A DNA stretch of 64,000 nt from Octopus vulgaris (GCA_951406725.2 OX597816.1:51026001-51090000), one strand, 5' to 3'. Shown: positions 11,905-26,299, numbered from the stretch's first letter. The notes: generated by a model not told the origin, from the letters alone. Numbers and translations are program-made.

Positions 11905-13635
11905 TTATAAATTAAATGTGTGTTAGCCCTAATGTACATAACATCACCATCGTATGAACCACTCTTTGAAACTGTAGGGTAGAGTTTTCTTGAAATGTGG
12001 CTAATATTTATATCAAGCATAATGAACTTCGTTCTCGGTAAGTTTATTCCACGTCTACTCATGCATTTCTACTTTACCCAACACTCCTTTCATCAACATT
12101 CTTTGCTCTAACCTCAAGATCATGCACTGCTTACTATTCTCTGTCCTTCCGACTAAAACTTCGACCCTCCATGCTTATATATCTCTAGTCTTAATTATCA
12201 AAATCGCGAGATTAGCAGGATGTGAAAGGACATGAATAGGGATTCTAACTCTAATCTTTGGAAGTAAAGGATATTGTGCTGCATGAGTTGTTTTCCATCA
12301 TATCAGGCACTCCCGACTCATCCCTTGCACCAGCAACATCTCACGCGACAGTTGATTTTACATATTTCATGTTTCGTTGACGTAGATTAAAGTAGCAGCA
12401 TTGAAGCCAACCGCTTTCTAGTGATTGACTTTTCAATGCAACGTGAACTCAAACAACATACTTCCTGGAATGCGGAATTGCAGGCATCAGTGACATAGAA
12501 GATGCTTATTATAGAAAAGATATATATCATCGAGCTACGATTTAATCTGAGACACTCGTACATACCTAAGCCATTCAATATTACGCAATGCCTGTCATTA
12601 TATCTGAACTCTAATAATTAAGTAAAGTAGGTATGACCTTCTGATTTAAAGTATTTCAGTATTGACTCTTGCACTCAATATAAACAAACACTACACATGC
12701 GTTTCAAAGTATAATGTAGTAATCTCCTCTGCACTGAAATATTATAGGTAAATCTATTTCTATAAGGTTTACAAGATTCAGATAATTGATCAAGAAGAAT
12801 TTTAAATGGATATATACTAAATTAGGCGCAAATATACTTGAGTAACGAGTGTTAGTCTCTGAACGTATTGTCTGAAACGAACTGGAGAAAGACGAAAAGT
12901 AGATGAATTGAAGTAAATTGATTGTAAAATAGACTGTGATATCTGCCTGTAAGTTTAACTATACAGTTACAATTCTTCAAATATTCGGACATATGACTTA
13001 CGAATGTTGCAAACAGTCACTATTATAGTCGAATGTATATAACGACCTGTGTGACGGTGCATATAGATGAGAGAGTTTGTTTTAGGCAACTCAACGCTGA
13101 ATGTCGCTTAAGTTTTAAAAATTACATTAGCTTGAAACAACACAGAGATAGGCATGTATGCGTGTAGTAAGGGACTTGCGCATCTCCACATATTACCTAT
13201 TACACCACTCTTCCTTCACCTCTTACTTTTTTCATCTGATTATTCTTAGTAGCAGCAGGTGATAGTACTGGCAGCGTCATCGGTACTAGTAGTATTACAA
13301 GCACCATCTGGATGATTTCATTGTACAAGTTTGGTATGAGCGTAAAACAACCAATGTTACTGAATATACATGCAACATATCTCCTTGATAAATCATTTGG
13401 TATATTGACATATTTTCAAACTTTATTTCTTTTTTACTCTATTTTAGTTTAATCATCAATATTCTTCTAGATTATTCTGAACAATGTTAGGTACGGCTCC
13501 CGAACTAATCGATAGTGAATACTCTCTCGTGCCTGGGTCACTCCTTCCGTAACCGAAGAGGACAAAATCCTGACATATCAGAACCTGACAGTGAACTAAC
13601 TCTTCCAGCTCTTCGTATTTTATACGTTCAAATGA

Positions 13636-14641
13636 ACTGAGCCACGAACGGCCAAATTCTTTTCATCGTTGGCAGCTCGCCCCACCGACGTGTCAGCTGA
13701 TGCCCGTGAGAGGACTTAGCCTTTTCAAAATCCTTAGCCTCGCCATCGCTAGTGATAATGCTACGATATTTCAATCTGTATTCTCAACGTCCGGCTAGGG
13801 GATCCATCCTCACCGATCGTCATAGACAAACGGACACATCTGCAGCGGTCTCAACAACGTCAGAACTGGCCATATCAGCAGTGGAAGACTGTAGCCTTCT
13901 CTGACGGAAATCGATATTGCTTTTCTGTGGCATATGGCGGAGCTAGGGCTTAGAGAATAGGTGAACATCATGCTGATGGCCGTGTGGTGGAGAGAATCGC
14001 ATTAGGAGGACAGAGCATCATGGTATAGTGCGGGATTGCACTTAACCAAAAACATTTCTCAAGGCCGGGGCAATGCAGCAACCGCTGCTCGCTACATCGA
14101 CCAAATGATGAGGTGTCACATTTTGTCATAATTTTCCCGTCATCGAAATCAAGTGTTCCAACACAACAGCACCCACGCCATAGTATCAGGTTCACAGCAG
14201 GCTTCCTCAAACAGAATAACGTCGGGACCTGCCAATGACCTGCCCTGAGTACGGACTTGAACCTCATAGAGCACATGCGAAACGAAATCCAAAGAAGACT
14301 AAATGGCATTACTCCGAGGCCGACAACTGCGGCACAACTCACTGCAAGTTTTAACAGACTGTGAGCTGCTATCCTCGTAGCCTTCATCACTCGTTTGGTG
14401 CATTCAATGTACAGAAGATGCACGGCAGTAATCAACACTAACGGTGGTCACTCGAGATATTGAGTTCATCTCTTTGGAGCCATGACACACCGCCATCCCG
14501 TGACACCCCGTGATGCCAAACCTGTTTCTGAAAACGACGTTGTATCACGAGGTTTCTTAATTAGCACCCTGAAATCTATGCACTCTGTTAATAAACAGGT
14601 TCTATTTAGTATGTGTCCCACGTTTCTTTTGTGGTTCAGTA
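13636..14641 (+). mobile_element. Decayed Tc1-family DNA transposon; transposase pseudogene about 13790-14463
   Basis: Translation WKTVAFSDGNRY..GGQSIMV*CGI..AARYIDQMM..VFQHN..*PALSTDLNLIEHM..SMYRRCTAVINTNGGHSRY* matches Tc1 motifs FSDESRF, GGSVMVWG and WPxxSPDLNPIE; right end ...GTGGTTCAGTATA; left end ACTGAGCCAC is only a weak TIR match. Confidence 0.9.
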
Positions 14642-15734
14642 TATATGTAACATATACATATGTATTATATAAGTAATAAAACTTTTTCATAACGAAATAC
14701 ATTTCGCACCGTTCTAAGACTTTTTCTAATGCCATACCCTTAACATAGCTCTAATAACAACATGTAAGTACTAAACAGATGAGATTTGATATTAGAACAC
14801 ATACACAAAAGGATCATATTCATCGTTCTTTTCTAAATCAGTGGCTTTTTGAGAACACGTAAGACCAATATCATTAACTTACGGCCATATATATGTCTAC
14901 TACATTACATACATACATAGTTCCATGCATATTACCATAAGCACTTATAATAGAAATTGTGGTTAAATACGAAGAATAAATACCACTGGATATAAGTCAT
15001 TTACAGTATTCTTTTTTTTATATTTATTACAGTAATTGAAACTTTCGCTTAACATAAAATGTATTTACCGAGACTACATAATGACAACATTGTTTTTGCC
15101 AGCTTAGAGTTTTTTAAAAACGTGTCGCACAAAGTATTAGGTAAATTCAATTGATAAAATGAAGTACCAACTAATGTAATATAGCCGTAGGAGAATGAAG
15201 AGATTTTAATGCTCTTCGGTTTTACTGCAAATGTAAGAAAATGAAATGTGGAAGAATGTATTCATTTGTTGATTAACGTTTAGCTTGTATTTTTTCAGCT
15301 TCTATTTTCTTCCTTGATAAAACCTATTTGCAAATGGAAAATAATATATTGCTTCGATTAATTTATACTCGATGTATTAAGAAGATGGCATTTTTCTGTA
15401 ATTTGATAACAGAGATTGGACTTTCTTTCCCCACCTTTTTTGTTCAATATATATAAACCTCTTTTCCGTTTTATAAAAAAGTTAAACAATATGTTCAAAT
15501 ACATTAAGCTAAAACAAATAACAAATCATCGAAGAATAATGTCGCATCAGAAACCAAATAAATTACGTATGCAATGCTAAATATTTAAAATGTGTCTCAA
15601 TCCTCTTAAAGAAACTTGTGTTCAGAGAACCGAATAAAAACATTTATATTTTCAATTTGCTGTTTTCAAAATAAGTAGAAGTTCGCTTTTATAAATAATT
15701 TATTTATAACGTGTAAAGTAAACAGATAAATGCG

Positions 15735-15982
15735 CCTTTTTGAAGCCTAACCAGGTTCATGGGCCCGGTTTCTCAGTTTCAATGGTATATGTGTTCCCCA
15801 GCTGGACGGGACGCCAGTCCATCGCAGCGTTACTCATCTTTGCCAGCTGAGTGGCCTCCTGGAGCAACGTGAAATGAAGTGATTTTACGCAAGAACAGGT
15901 CGCGTCGCCCGGTCCAGAAATCGAAACCACAATTTTGCGACCATGATGCTGACATCTTAAGCACTAAGCCACGCGCCTCCAC
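15735..15982 (-). mobile_element. tRNA-derived SINE family C
   Basis: Minus head TGGAGGCGCGTGGCTTAGTG..GGTTTCGATTTC, central GATGGACTGGCGTCCCGTCCAG; degenerate 19-bp direct repeat at 15702-15720 and 15983-16001. Confidence 0.85.
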
Positions 15983-17380
15983 ATTTATAACATGTGCAGT
16001 ATGAATAGGTTTAAGGTACCAGAAGGATTGTAGTTGAACATAGAAATCAGTATGAGAGTTTTTAACATGTATAACGCATGACTAAGAACATATTTTTTTG
16101 TCCATGTCGGGAATGGTAGGTAAATCGTGGGTCAATGTAAATTTCAATCACAACTATAAGTTTATACATTTAACTCAACATTAAATTATTTTGGTGTGGA
16201 AACCCTAGATCAAATAGTTAGCTACCTAAGTCGAAGATTTTATAGTCCAGATGCCGTTGAGATTTTATGATCCACTTGCCGTTATCATTAGTTCAATTTG
16301 CTTGATTTCATTCGACTTTACTGACTTTAATAAGTAATTAAGTTGGATTGATGAAATATGAGGATAACATCGCTGATTTGGCATCTAGCAGACTTACTTT
16401 GTCCCCACTTCAACAGGTCCTGTTCTTTAGATAGACTTCGGCAAGTTTCTTTTGTACAGGGTCTCCTGCTAGGGATATTTCCCACCAGTCGCACAGACCT
16501 TGAAAATGAAATGCGTGCATTGCTCTTTCCTTCTTGATAGCCTGGACAAAATTGATCAGAAATTAAAGAAAAGTTTGAGGGGTCTCCTAGCAAAGTATAT
16601 TACTCACCTAGACAGTTATCAATTTAATCTATATTTTCCATGCTCATCTATGAAATCAGCAGGATTATTAAAATACTTGCACAATTTTGTTTGGCTTTCT
16701 AAATAATTTCTTTCTGAAGCACATAATAATCATCGTTCAGTGCCCTACATCTGTTGTCATATCTAATTCATGAAATTGAGAACCTTAACACATAATCAAA
16801 ATAGATGTATGATTTAGGCGTATAATATTAAGTGGTCAAGAATTTTAATCAATTACATACTTTCATATCTTTAATGACTTGAAAGGAGACATTTTGAAAT
16901 TTAAAAATAAAAATATTTACCAGAAACATTTTCACTAACTGAATAATCGCCAATTTCTTATTGAAAATGATAGAAATGTAACAGTTTCACACACAAATGA
17001 GCATGGTGTGAGTCGTGATATTAGATAATATAAAATATTATAATGGATTATTGTGGTCAAATTCAAGGAAAAGACACAAGTCATTTCCGATATCGGAAAC
17101 AGTTTAAATGTTATGATTGAAAACATTAAGCTAGCTGTGTAACATTATCGAGCAACTCATTTCACTAATGTAATCTTATTTTTTTCTTTATCTCATACAT
17201 CAGAGAAATGTGTTTTGCTTCATTTATTCAAAATATTTTGATCATAAATGTTATCTTTTCTGGTAATGTTATTGCTTTCTTTTAGTAAATCGTCGTGTCA
17301 TTTCTGAAAGTTTCGTTCCTCAAAAATATGTATATGTTATGTCTGTATACGTAATACTCAAATTTTCAATGTATTCTTGT

Positions 17381-17424
<44 letters not shown>

Positions 17425-17519
17425 GTGTGTGTGTGTGTGTATGTGCGTGTGTGCGTTTGTGTATATACATAGACAAACGCACATGCAAAATGCATGCATA
17501 CATATATACATATACATGC

Positions 17520-17583
<64 letters not shown>

Positions 17584-17717
17584 GCATTTATATATATATA
17601 CATATTCATACAACTTCAATATCCCTACATATCTCACTTCTATTTTTTTTCCTACACCTCACTCACTATTTCGTATTCTATCTAAATTAACTATTACTTA
17701 ACCATCCTCTCACACCA

Positions 17718-17767
17718 TCTCCGATGAAGGGATATAATTAATAAATATCCTGGAAACAGCTGTAAGA
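17718..17767 (+). ncRNA. Type I minimal hammerhead ribozyme-like motif (C4 core variant) in a PLE pLTR-like repeat (about 17620-17835)
   Basis: TCT-CCGATGA-A-GGGATAT-loop-ATATCCT-G-GAA-ACAGCTGT-A-AGA: 7-bp stem II, palindromic stem III ACAGCTGT, GUA triplet. Confidence 0.8.
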
Positions 17768-17867
17768 CATTCTATCTATAAACGTTCTAATATCTACACA
17801 GCCTTGGTTTTTTTATCTCATGCAAGAAATTCTTAAATACACATACACACACATACACACACACACA

Positions 17868-17938
<71 letters not shown>

Positions 17939-18037
17939 TTGAGTGAATGGAACAGGTAAAGTCTATGCTAAATATACCTCTGTCGAATTAGCTTTGGATT
18001 CCTTAGTGACAATGTAACCTTCAGTTAACTAATGTAT

Positions 18038-18128
18038 CTTCGGCCTGATGAGTGGCTAGCGGAGTACTCCTCGTTGAGTAGTTATAACGTCCGAGGTTCT
18101 CTTAGCTAAGAAAGTTATGTAACCTGGA
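18038..18128 (+). ncRNA. Decayed hammerhead-like motif with long stem II
   Basis: CTGATGA at 18045-51, TGGCTAG/TTAGCTA, GGAG/CTCT and CCTCG/CGAGG helices, GAAA at 18110-13, GTA; stems I and III pair poorly. Confidence 0.5.
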
Positions 18129-19864
18129 TTTTACCTGCTGTATTTCCTCAATCTGGATTGATATTCACATTCATAGTCGCAGGCCATGAACGTTTTAAAA
18201 AAATATTGCAAATCATGTATCTAGTGGCAAACCATGAACTATTGAAAAGCTGTTTCCAGCTTATTGAACTTCATTATGGGATAAACTTAAAACCTTTTAC
18301 GCCAATAAATTACTATTGTTCCTGAGACCTGATTTTTAATCCTACTACGTACTGCTCGAAGCTTACCAACTTCCTACACGTAGCTCCTTGGAATTTACAA
18401 TATCATAGCATTGTGTGTGTTTGTGTGACTGTGTGTGTGTATAAATATATATGTATATATACCAGATTTACTAAACTTGCGAAGACTGGTTAATATTTAT
18501 GAAGTTAACAAAGCTCCAGTAGATGTGAATATTCCACAAAATGCAAACTAAGGCATTTTTGTCACCCACAGTGTATGATATAACTAGAACAAGAAGGGGA
18601 ATATTAGTGTTTCAGTTTGACATAAAATACGATCGTTTCAATAACAGATGGGTTGTATAAATCGTTTAACCTATAATTTCATCAAAATCACTACATACAC
18701 GTATATATAGGCAATTCATGTGAAGAGTATATAGTTGTAGCGAAAAGTGAATATACTTGACTGGCAAATGAAAATTCAGTAACAATATATGTATATACTT
18801 TTGATAAAATCCGTTGTGACACTGCAGCTATTAACTCGACTGGAGAGTCAGAGAGTTGGCTGCCCGTGTACGTAAAGTGGTTTTTAAATTTGAGCATCAT
18901 TAGACAGCTATAAATTTAACTGGGATGTGTATGCCGAGAGGAACTTCAAAGAAGCAGAAATGATCATTAACTCGCTCCTAAATATCTTTTCTTTCTCATT
19001 TCATTTCTGTTTTGCTATATTTTCTATCTGTTTTTTTTTCTGTAGAACTAGTGGATTTTACTCTGTGTCTTAATTATTATAGGTATTATTATTATATAGA
19101 TTTTATTTTCTATTTTTACTATGAATTATGTTATTCAGCTTTTAATATTGATTTTTAATTTCTGTATAAGTATATTTTTATGTTATAATTTAACTACATT
19201 TTGATACGTTGTTCACTACATTTTATACGAAATTGTATATGAAATTGCTAGGCCCCCTTTAATTATATGCAACTTTTTCTTTCATTCACATTCTCAAGTT
19301 GTGTTGCAACCCTTCTCTCTATATCCCTCGCTTTTCCTATTCCTTTCCTCACTTATTTCATTTTCATCACGTCATAGTTGTAACTTTGCAGACGTTTCCA
19401 TCCCATTTAATTCAATAACTGTGTTTAGAAACAACCAACTATCTGCCTGTCTAGTCTACTTAATACCTCCAATGTAACAGTAGATTTTGTTCCTGTAGTG
19501 TAGAGTTTATTTCCATAACAAAATGCTTCCATCTACGCTACAACGCTATAAGCGCACGCTGATGATGTATATATCGGTACCTTTATCTATGTGCATGGGT
19601 ACTGAAATATTTCTTAGCTCCTCGTGATATATATGATATATAAGCGAGTTCTGTGTAATATAGTTTAAATTTACATGATACTTATTTTTATGGTTATAGC
19701 TTTTCTATCAAGGGTAGTACTTTATATGGCCTCACTGCTGTTGATATGCTCATAATTCAATACAAAAGGGTGTAATACCAATATCATTCCTTTTCTTTCT
19801 ACATATATGCATTCATATTTATACGTATGTATATGTATGCAGACATACACAAGTGCATATACAT

Positions 19865-19929
<65 letters not shown>

Positions 19930-20190
19930 ATATATATATATATATATATATATAATATACATATCTACATATATACATAAATATATGTACATACCTACAT
20001 ATATATGTATGTATATATATACATGCATATATCGGTACAGAGCATCAAAAAAGCATTGAACGCAATAAGAAACGAATACATAAAAAATATAGAAACGAAC
20101 TTATTTCGGACAACGAAAAAAAAAACGAGAGAAACGAGACATACAACATAAACAATATTCCCCTTCTTCCGTTGTCCCTGTTTCAACTGC

Positions 20191-20231
<41 letters not shown>

Positions 20232-20276
20232 ATATAAATGCATACATATAAAACATATATATATATATATATATAT

Positions 20277-20347
<71 letters not shown>

Positions 20348-21859
20348 CACATACAAACATATTACCATCTATTTTCTGGTGGCCATGTTGGGGGTCACAG
20401 GTTGTAGAGATTTTCGGCCCAGTTGTTTATGTTTAAAGGTTGGTACTTCTTGTATCGGCTTCTTTTGACACAAAGTGACCTGGACATAAAGAAACTAGTA
20501 ATGATTTTCAAGCAGTCGTGGTGAAAACATTATTTGAGCAGTCACTAATGGATTTCTACTTAAAATATGAGATGATCGTGGAGTGAAACGGTAATCATAC
20601 AATTGACTGAATTGATCGTGTTATATTTCAAACCTGTGTCCTTACTGTCGCATGAAAATATGAATGGAATTTGGGCCAAACCAATATGCATATGTGTGTG
20701 TATGCGTGTGTGTGTGTGTATGTATGTATATATCTATGTATGCATTAATGTATGTATAGTACCCTCATTCTTTCATAAGTATATATTCGTGTATATGGGA
20801 AATGAATTTGTGTGTGTATGTGCATATATATACAGAGAAACAAAAAGTGAGAGAGAGAGAGATCTGAAAGAGATTTGCATAAGATAACCATAGTAGTGCA
20901 AATCTTTGTGCCAGATTCCTTTAATGACGATGGCCAAACTTTCTCTACAGTCTACTTAGAGGTGATTTTAATAGTTAACTTCTACATCTCTCTAGTTCTC
21001 ATGTCAGTGCAGTGTTATACGAAGTGATCTTGCGAATATTACTATCGTAGTGTTTCAGTTCAGTGGACTTTGTAATGTCTATGTCACACATGACAAGCAA
21101 TATACATCTTGTAACGGTAACTGCAAGAAATCTTTCTTCCGCTGGAATTTAAATTCCTGTTTTTATCACAATATTTTTGTTTCTCACAAGTTGATGATGT
21201 TATCTTGTTCGTAAAGTTTTCATAGACAACCATAAAGAAAATTTATATCCAAAATGTACCTAGTAACTTCACCGTTACCAGCAAGCTCATAACTATAACT
21301 CTAGTAAAATGAAATTTCTTTCTCATTTCGTTATTTTATAAGTTTCTTATGTTTTAATATAATTTTACCATTTATTTTGATCTTTGTTTTAGATGTTTAA
21401 GAAATAACGTTAATGTTTAAGTGACTTTCTCTCAGTTACTTTATTATCTATGTATTTCAATCTTTCTCATAAACGTTTAAATGTTATTTTAATATTTATT
21501 CGTTTCTATCCGTCCGAAGCTGTTTGGCAAAATAATGTCCGTTTGGTGACTGCATGTATACATTTCGTTGTGGTTGATGTAGATGTTATGAGGGATCACT
21601 CATAATGCATGATAATATCGATATGTAGCGCCTGATTTACACTCACAAACTTGAGAAGATCTTTGATAAAATGCATTCCATTCTTGACCGTTCCGTTTAT
21701 TTTCTAGTACGAAAGGAATCTTGGGTCATAATATATGAATGCGTTCATTAAATTTGGAAATCTATATTATGCACAACTACGAAGACGCTCCCATTCGATG
21801 GTACAGGATGTATAACGTATGTGGCTGGTAAGCTGCACTGAAGTTCTTAAAAGTGAAGA

Positions 21860-22250
21860 GAGTAGGAGTGGTTGTGTGGTAAGTAGCTTGCTTACTAACC
21901 ACATGGTTCCGAGTTCAGTCCCACTGCGTGGCACCTTGGCAAAGTGCCTTCTACTCTGGCCTCGGACCGACCAAAGCCTTGTGAGTGGCTGTGGTGGACG
22001 GAGACTGAAAGAAACCTGTCGTATATATGTATATATATACATGTATGTATGTCTGTGTTTGTCCCCCACCATCGCTTGACAACCAATGCTGGTGTGTTTA
22101 CATCAACGTAACTTAGCGGTTCGGCAAAAGAGACCGATAAAATAAGTACTAGGTTATAAAGAATAAGTCCTGGGGTCGATTTGCTCGACTAAAGGCGGTG
22201 CTCCCGCATGGCCGCAGTCAAATGACTGAAAGATGTAAAAGAGTGAAAGT
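21860..22250 (+). mobile_element. tRNA-derived SINE family A, full length
   Basis: GGAGTGGTTGTGTGGTAAGTAGCTTGC..GAGTTCAGTCCCACTGCGTGGCACCTTGG and the family tail. Confidence 0.92.
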
Positions 22251-23345
22251 GTAAATCTGTAGTTACATTAAACTTCACCCTGTAACAGAGCTATCTGACC
22301 ATTGCTGTCTTCATTTCCTTCAGTTTCTTAACTTTTAGCATTAGGGGGGAGAGCATGCATAAGTTAGAGAGAAAAGGCGTGAAAAAATAAAGCATATTTA
22401 AAGAATATGAAAGATAACGAAAATTCCAAATTTAGCAGAAGTGTATTTTTGAACGTATAATGAATGGCGATATGCTTATTGTAAATAGATATATGCACGT
22501 TAGTGGTATTAGAAAAAGAAAATGTTTTGGTGGCTGCAGGTAAAATCTTGTGGAATATGTTATTTAAGTCGTTTCTGTGAGCAACGCAACGTGTGACGGA
22601 GCGACAGCCAATTGAGTAAAGTATTGAAAAGTATATTTTTGGGGATTAAAGCGAACAATGTTATATAAGATAAAGATAAGAAAATAAAAAGCTATGCCTA
22701 GCATTATGAATGGGGGGAAATATTCACTAGGAGATGCTACATTAATAAATAGTATAGAAAATAAAAGTAGAAGACGAAATTAGTTAAGGAATCATGCACG
22801 TATAAACAAACAGGAAGTAAAATAAGTGATCTGCAGGAGAATGTTCGGCAATTATAATAGATAAATCTATTCTGCTAAGAATTCAATAAAAATATTCACT
22901 TGAGAAATACCCAAGCATAAAACAATTCTCACAGAGAGCTTTTAACATTAAAAAAATGAATCGAAGAAGTTTTTTAACTATTCAGATAGTTGGAATAATT
23001 TACAGACAGGAAATCCTAACACTAAATAAGTTCTCTGCTCAGTGTGTATATAGAATATCATTTCTTAAAATAAGTATATTTTACAGAGGACATTTTGAAG
23101 GCAGCTCATTTACTCGGATTGAAAACGTTGTCAGGAAAATAAAAGTCGAAAGATTATTCTATGCTGTACAGAAATCATAGTCTACATGATCTTTGATATA
23201 TATATTACGGAGATGTACTTGCATAGCAAGTGATTTGATCTGAGATCGTGTGCTGAAACGAAAACAATTGCAAGGTTGAAGGTGTTTGTAAGCCGTTTAA
23301 GAAACACACAAAAGCCGTTCGATTCACTTCAACATTTAAGTTTAA

Positions 23346-23396
23346 TTTGTCAAAATATTTTCGTCGCTTTAAGACCGCGACCTAATCACTGACAAA
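23346..23396 (-). ncRNA. Type I minimal hammerhead-like motif with GUGAUUA core, inside a repeat at about 23200-23432 bounded by (TA)n
   Basis: Minus strand TTTGTCA-GTGATTA-G-GTCGC-GGTCTTAAA-GCGAC-GAA-AATATT-T-TGACAAA: perfect 7-bp stem I, 5-bp stem II, palindromic stem III. Confidence 0.75.
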
Positions 23397-23424
23397 AATC
23401 CGTGCTGCATCACTGCATTGTTTG

Positions 23425-23487
<63 letters not shown>

Positions 23488-23924
23488 AAACTGGGCCACT
23501 GTTGAAAGTGATTTTAATTTAAAATAGATATTTTATTAGAACACAGAATATTGGCTTATATTCCATGACAGAACGTCTTGGATGTACTTGTGGTGCATTT
23601 AAGGTGTTTATATCGCTGGCAAGTATTACGCATCGGTTGTGGCCGCAAAAGCTGTCATAGCATGGAGTTTCACTTTCTCTAGTAATTCTCAATGGGTGAC
23701 GTAATCGGGTAGACACGGTAGTTTAATTTCACTGTCATCGATTATTAGAATGTCACTGTCTATGTAGGGACTGGAAACGTACAAACTAGTCGGCTTCTGG
23801 AAGATAAAACATTAATAGCGACATAAGGAGCTCTGGCAGCCACAGCTGATAATTATTGCCCTTTAGTGATATAAACAAGAGGAAAAGTATAACGTGATCG
23901 TTTGTAAGGGAGGTTAAGTGTCTA

Positions 23925-23994
23925 ACAACAACAACAACAAACACAACAACAAAAACATCAACAACAACAACAAAACAACAAAAACAACAAAAAC

Positions 23995-24059
<65 letters not shown>
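23925..24059. repeat. (AAC)n/(AAT)n microsatellite
   Basis: Direct reading. Confidence 0.95.
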
Positions 24060-24540
24060 GTGAGAGAATAGTGCATGCCATCAAAATGACACTGGGGTAA
24101 AATATATGAATTCCAGTATACCTATCATGACTACCAGTCAGATAAGGGTACACCAGCCACATGCATCACAACTATGTGTACGCGCATGGTGATTTTATAT
24201 CAAGATATACTACGCATGAACTTGCAGGTGGGGGTCCAGTTAGAATTTTCTTCAGGTTGAGTAGCACGTCCTGCTCAAAAGATTCTTGAATAAAGGTTGT
24301 TTAAGAATATTCAGCAAAACATCCATGATTCCAGGGGCGAATTATCTAAATGTCAAAGAGTTCCTCTTAACACATAGCTATTATGCTCCTCCATCACTCC
24401 TGCTCGTGATCAGAGATACACTCATCGTCAACCATGAAGGGACATGCCCAAGTGCTTATGATCAAACAACTGACAAGCAAATCCGTGGTACTGAGCAGAA
24501 TATTCGCTCTAGTTCAAGACAAAGCAATGTACATGATAAG
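24060..24540. mobile_element. Interspersed repeat family D abutting (AAT)n; opposite-orientation copy at 31558-31966 and shared terminus at 25401-25478
   Basis: Reverse complement aligns with 31558-31690 and 31840-31963; sense orientation and class are unresolved (possibly the UTR of a non-LTR element). Confidence 0.75.
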
Positions 24541-24541
24541 A

Positions 24542-24738
24542 CATCATCATCATCATTATCGTCATCAACATCATCATCATCACCATCATCATCATCAACA
24601 TCATCCCCATCATCAACACCATCGTAACCACCACCACCACCACCGCCAACCACCACCAACCACCAACACCGCCAACAACAACCACCACCACCACCACCAC
24701 CACCACCACCACCACCACCACCACCATCATCATCATCG

Positions 24739-24775
<37 letters not shown>

Positions 24776-24800
24776 CATCATCATCATCATTATCATCAAT
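24542..24800. repeat. Compound (CAT)n/(CAC)n/(TAT)n microsatellite
   Basis: Direct reading. Confidence 0.95.
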
Positions 24801-25400
24801 TTTCCTTTCTACTGATAGTGATAGGAGATGTAGTAACAATAAACGAACGTACATACAGGACATATTTTTCAAGTGTTACTTCCTTATTTACAACAGATAC
24901 TTATATTGATATTTGCTTTTGATTTGTTTTGGTAAAACATATGGTTTCTCGTTAATTATCCCATGCTCATTATATACATTAACAACAAGAAAACGAATGA
25001 CTATTCTGCGTATTATTACACGTTTTCGTGATTTTTTTCTTTCTTTAGAACACAGATACATTATGATTTGGCCTGTACAAGTATTTAAAATGGACACGAA
25101 TATCGTGACCTTAGTAAAAGGGTTCCTGAAATCGGATAATTTGAAACCACCTTTTAGCCTCTGTTGTTCCCAAATCTCCTCTGATTCGAAGTAGTAGCAC
25201 CCACTAGGGTGCCAGTTATGGGTTAACTACGATATATGTTTTTGGGTAGATGGAGCTCGTTCGAGCTGAAGGGAGTCGCTTCGATATGAAACCGGCGTTG
25301 CCATGCTGGACGTCACGAACGTGGCGGGTCTCATTCACATTTGAGAAATCCTGCGACACACACCAAGTATCCCAACCAGGTTTGGCATGTCAACAAATCC

Positions 25401-25498
25401 ACTGGTAGTCATGATGGGTATACTGGGATTCATATATTTTACCCCAGTATCATTTCGATGGAATGCACTACTCTCTCATTTATTATTATTATTATTAC

Positions 25499-25552
<54 letters not shown>

Positions 25553-25640
25553 CATCATCATCATCATTATTATTGTTATTGTTGTTATTTACTACTACTA
25601 TTTTTATTATTTTTGTTATCATTATTCTTATTATTCTTAT
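25401..25640. repeat. Family D terminal module (25401-25478) followed by (TTA)n
   Basis: GGTAGTCATGATGGGTATACTGGG..CCCAGTATCATTTCGATGGAATGCACTACTCTCTCA, then (TTA)n. Confidence 0.85.
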
Positions 25641-26299
25641 TAATGATAACAATAATAAAAATAATGACAATTCATCAAGATCGCCATCACCATCATCTCT
25701 GCTTTTTTACTCAAGTTCTTAGAAATTAATTACCAACTTTTCCTTTGATTATTTCACAAGCAATGTCCTCATATCGTCTTGATGTCTTTAGAGGTGGATT
25801 AGCAAACATACTTGTTAAATTTTTTTTCCGCTATTTCCCAATTATTTTATCCAATCTCATTAATTTTAATAACAAAAAAGATGTTATATTGAATTATATT
25901 CCCAAACTGACAGCTTACCTCTTGTTAGCTCATGCTTCAGAGAATGAGAACCATGAATAGATCAGAAACAGAGAGATGGGGAGAGAGAGCATGAACAGTG
26001 ATGATCGAATAAAGCGGTGTAATCGAAAGATTTCAAGTGGTAAACTAACGCATAGTTCTATTGTTTACGTATAATAATTATTTAATTTCTTTTCAATTTT
26101 ATAATCAAAATTTGCTTGAATCATATTCATCGTTACCGTTATTTTGTTTGTGTAAGTTGTGAATGTAACTTTAATAAGTTTGTATCATATGCATACGTAC
26201 TTCTTGTGTATGTATGTATGTATGCATATATGGATGTATCTATGTATCTATTTATCTATATGTATGTATGTATCTATCTGTCTGTGTCTCTCTCTTTCT

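Noticed and set aside
16327-16720. ORF with DLLKWGQSKSARCQI and possible splice donors on the minus strand
   Set aside because: It faintly resembles an RLE-LINE NLxxWG..CxxC segment or an exon, but there are too few motifs to support either.
19555-19626. CTGATGA...GAAA spacing like a hammerhead
   Set aside because: Stem II is out of register and there is no NUH directly before stem I; at best a heavily decayed copy.
25401-25478. Hatchet- or HDV-like ribozyme on the opposite strand of the family D module
   Set aside because: Short stretches looked reminiscent, but I could not assemble the required pairings in all three copies.
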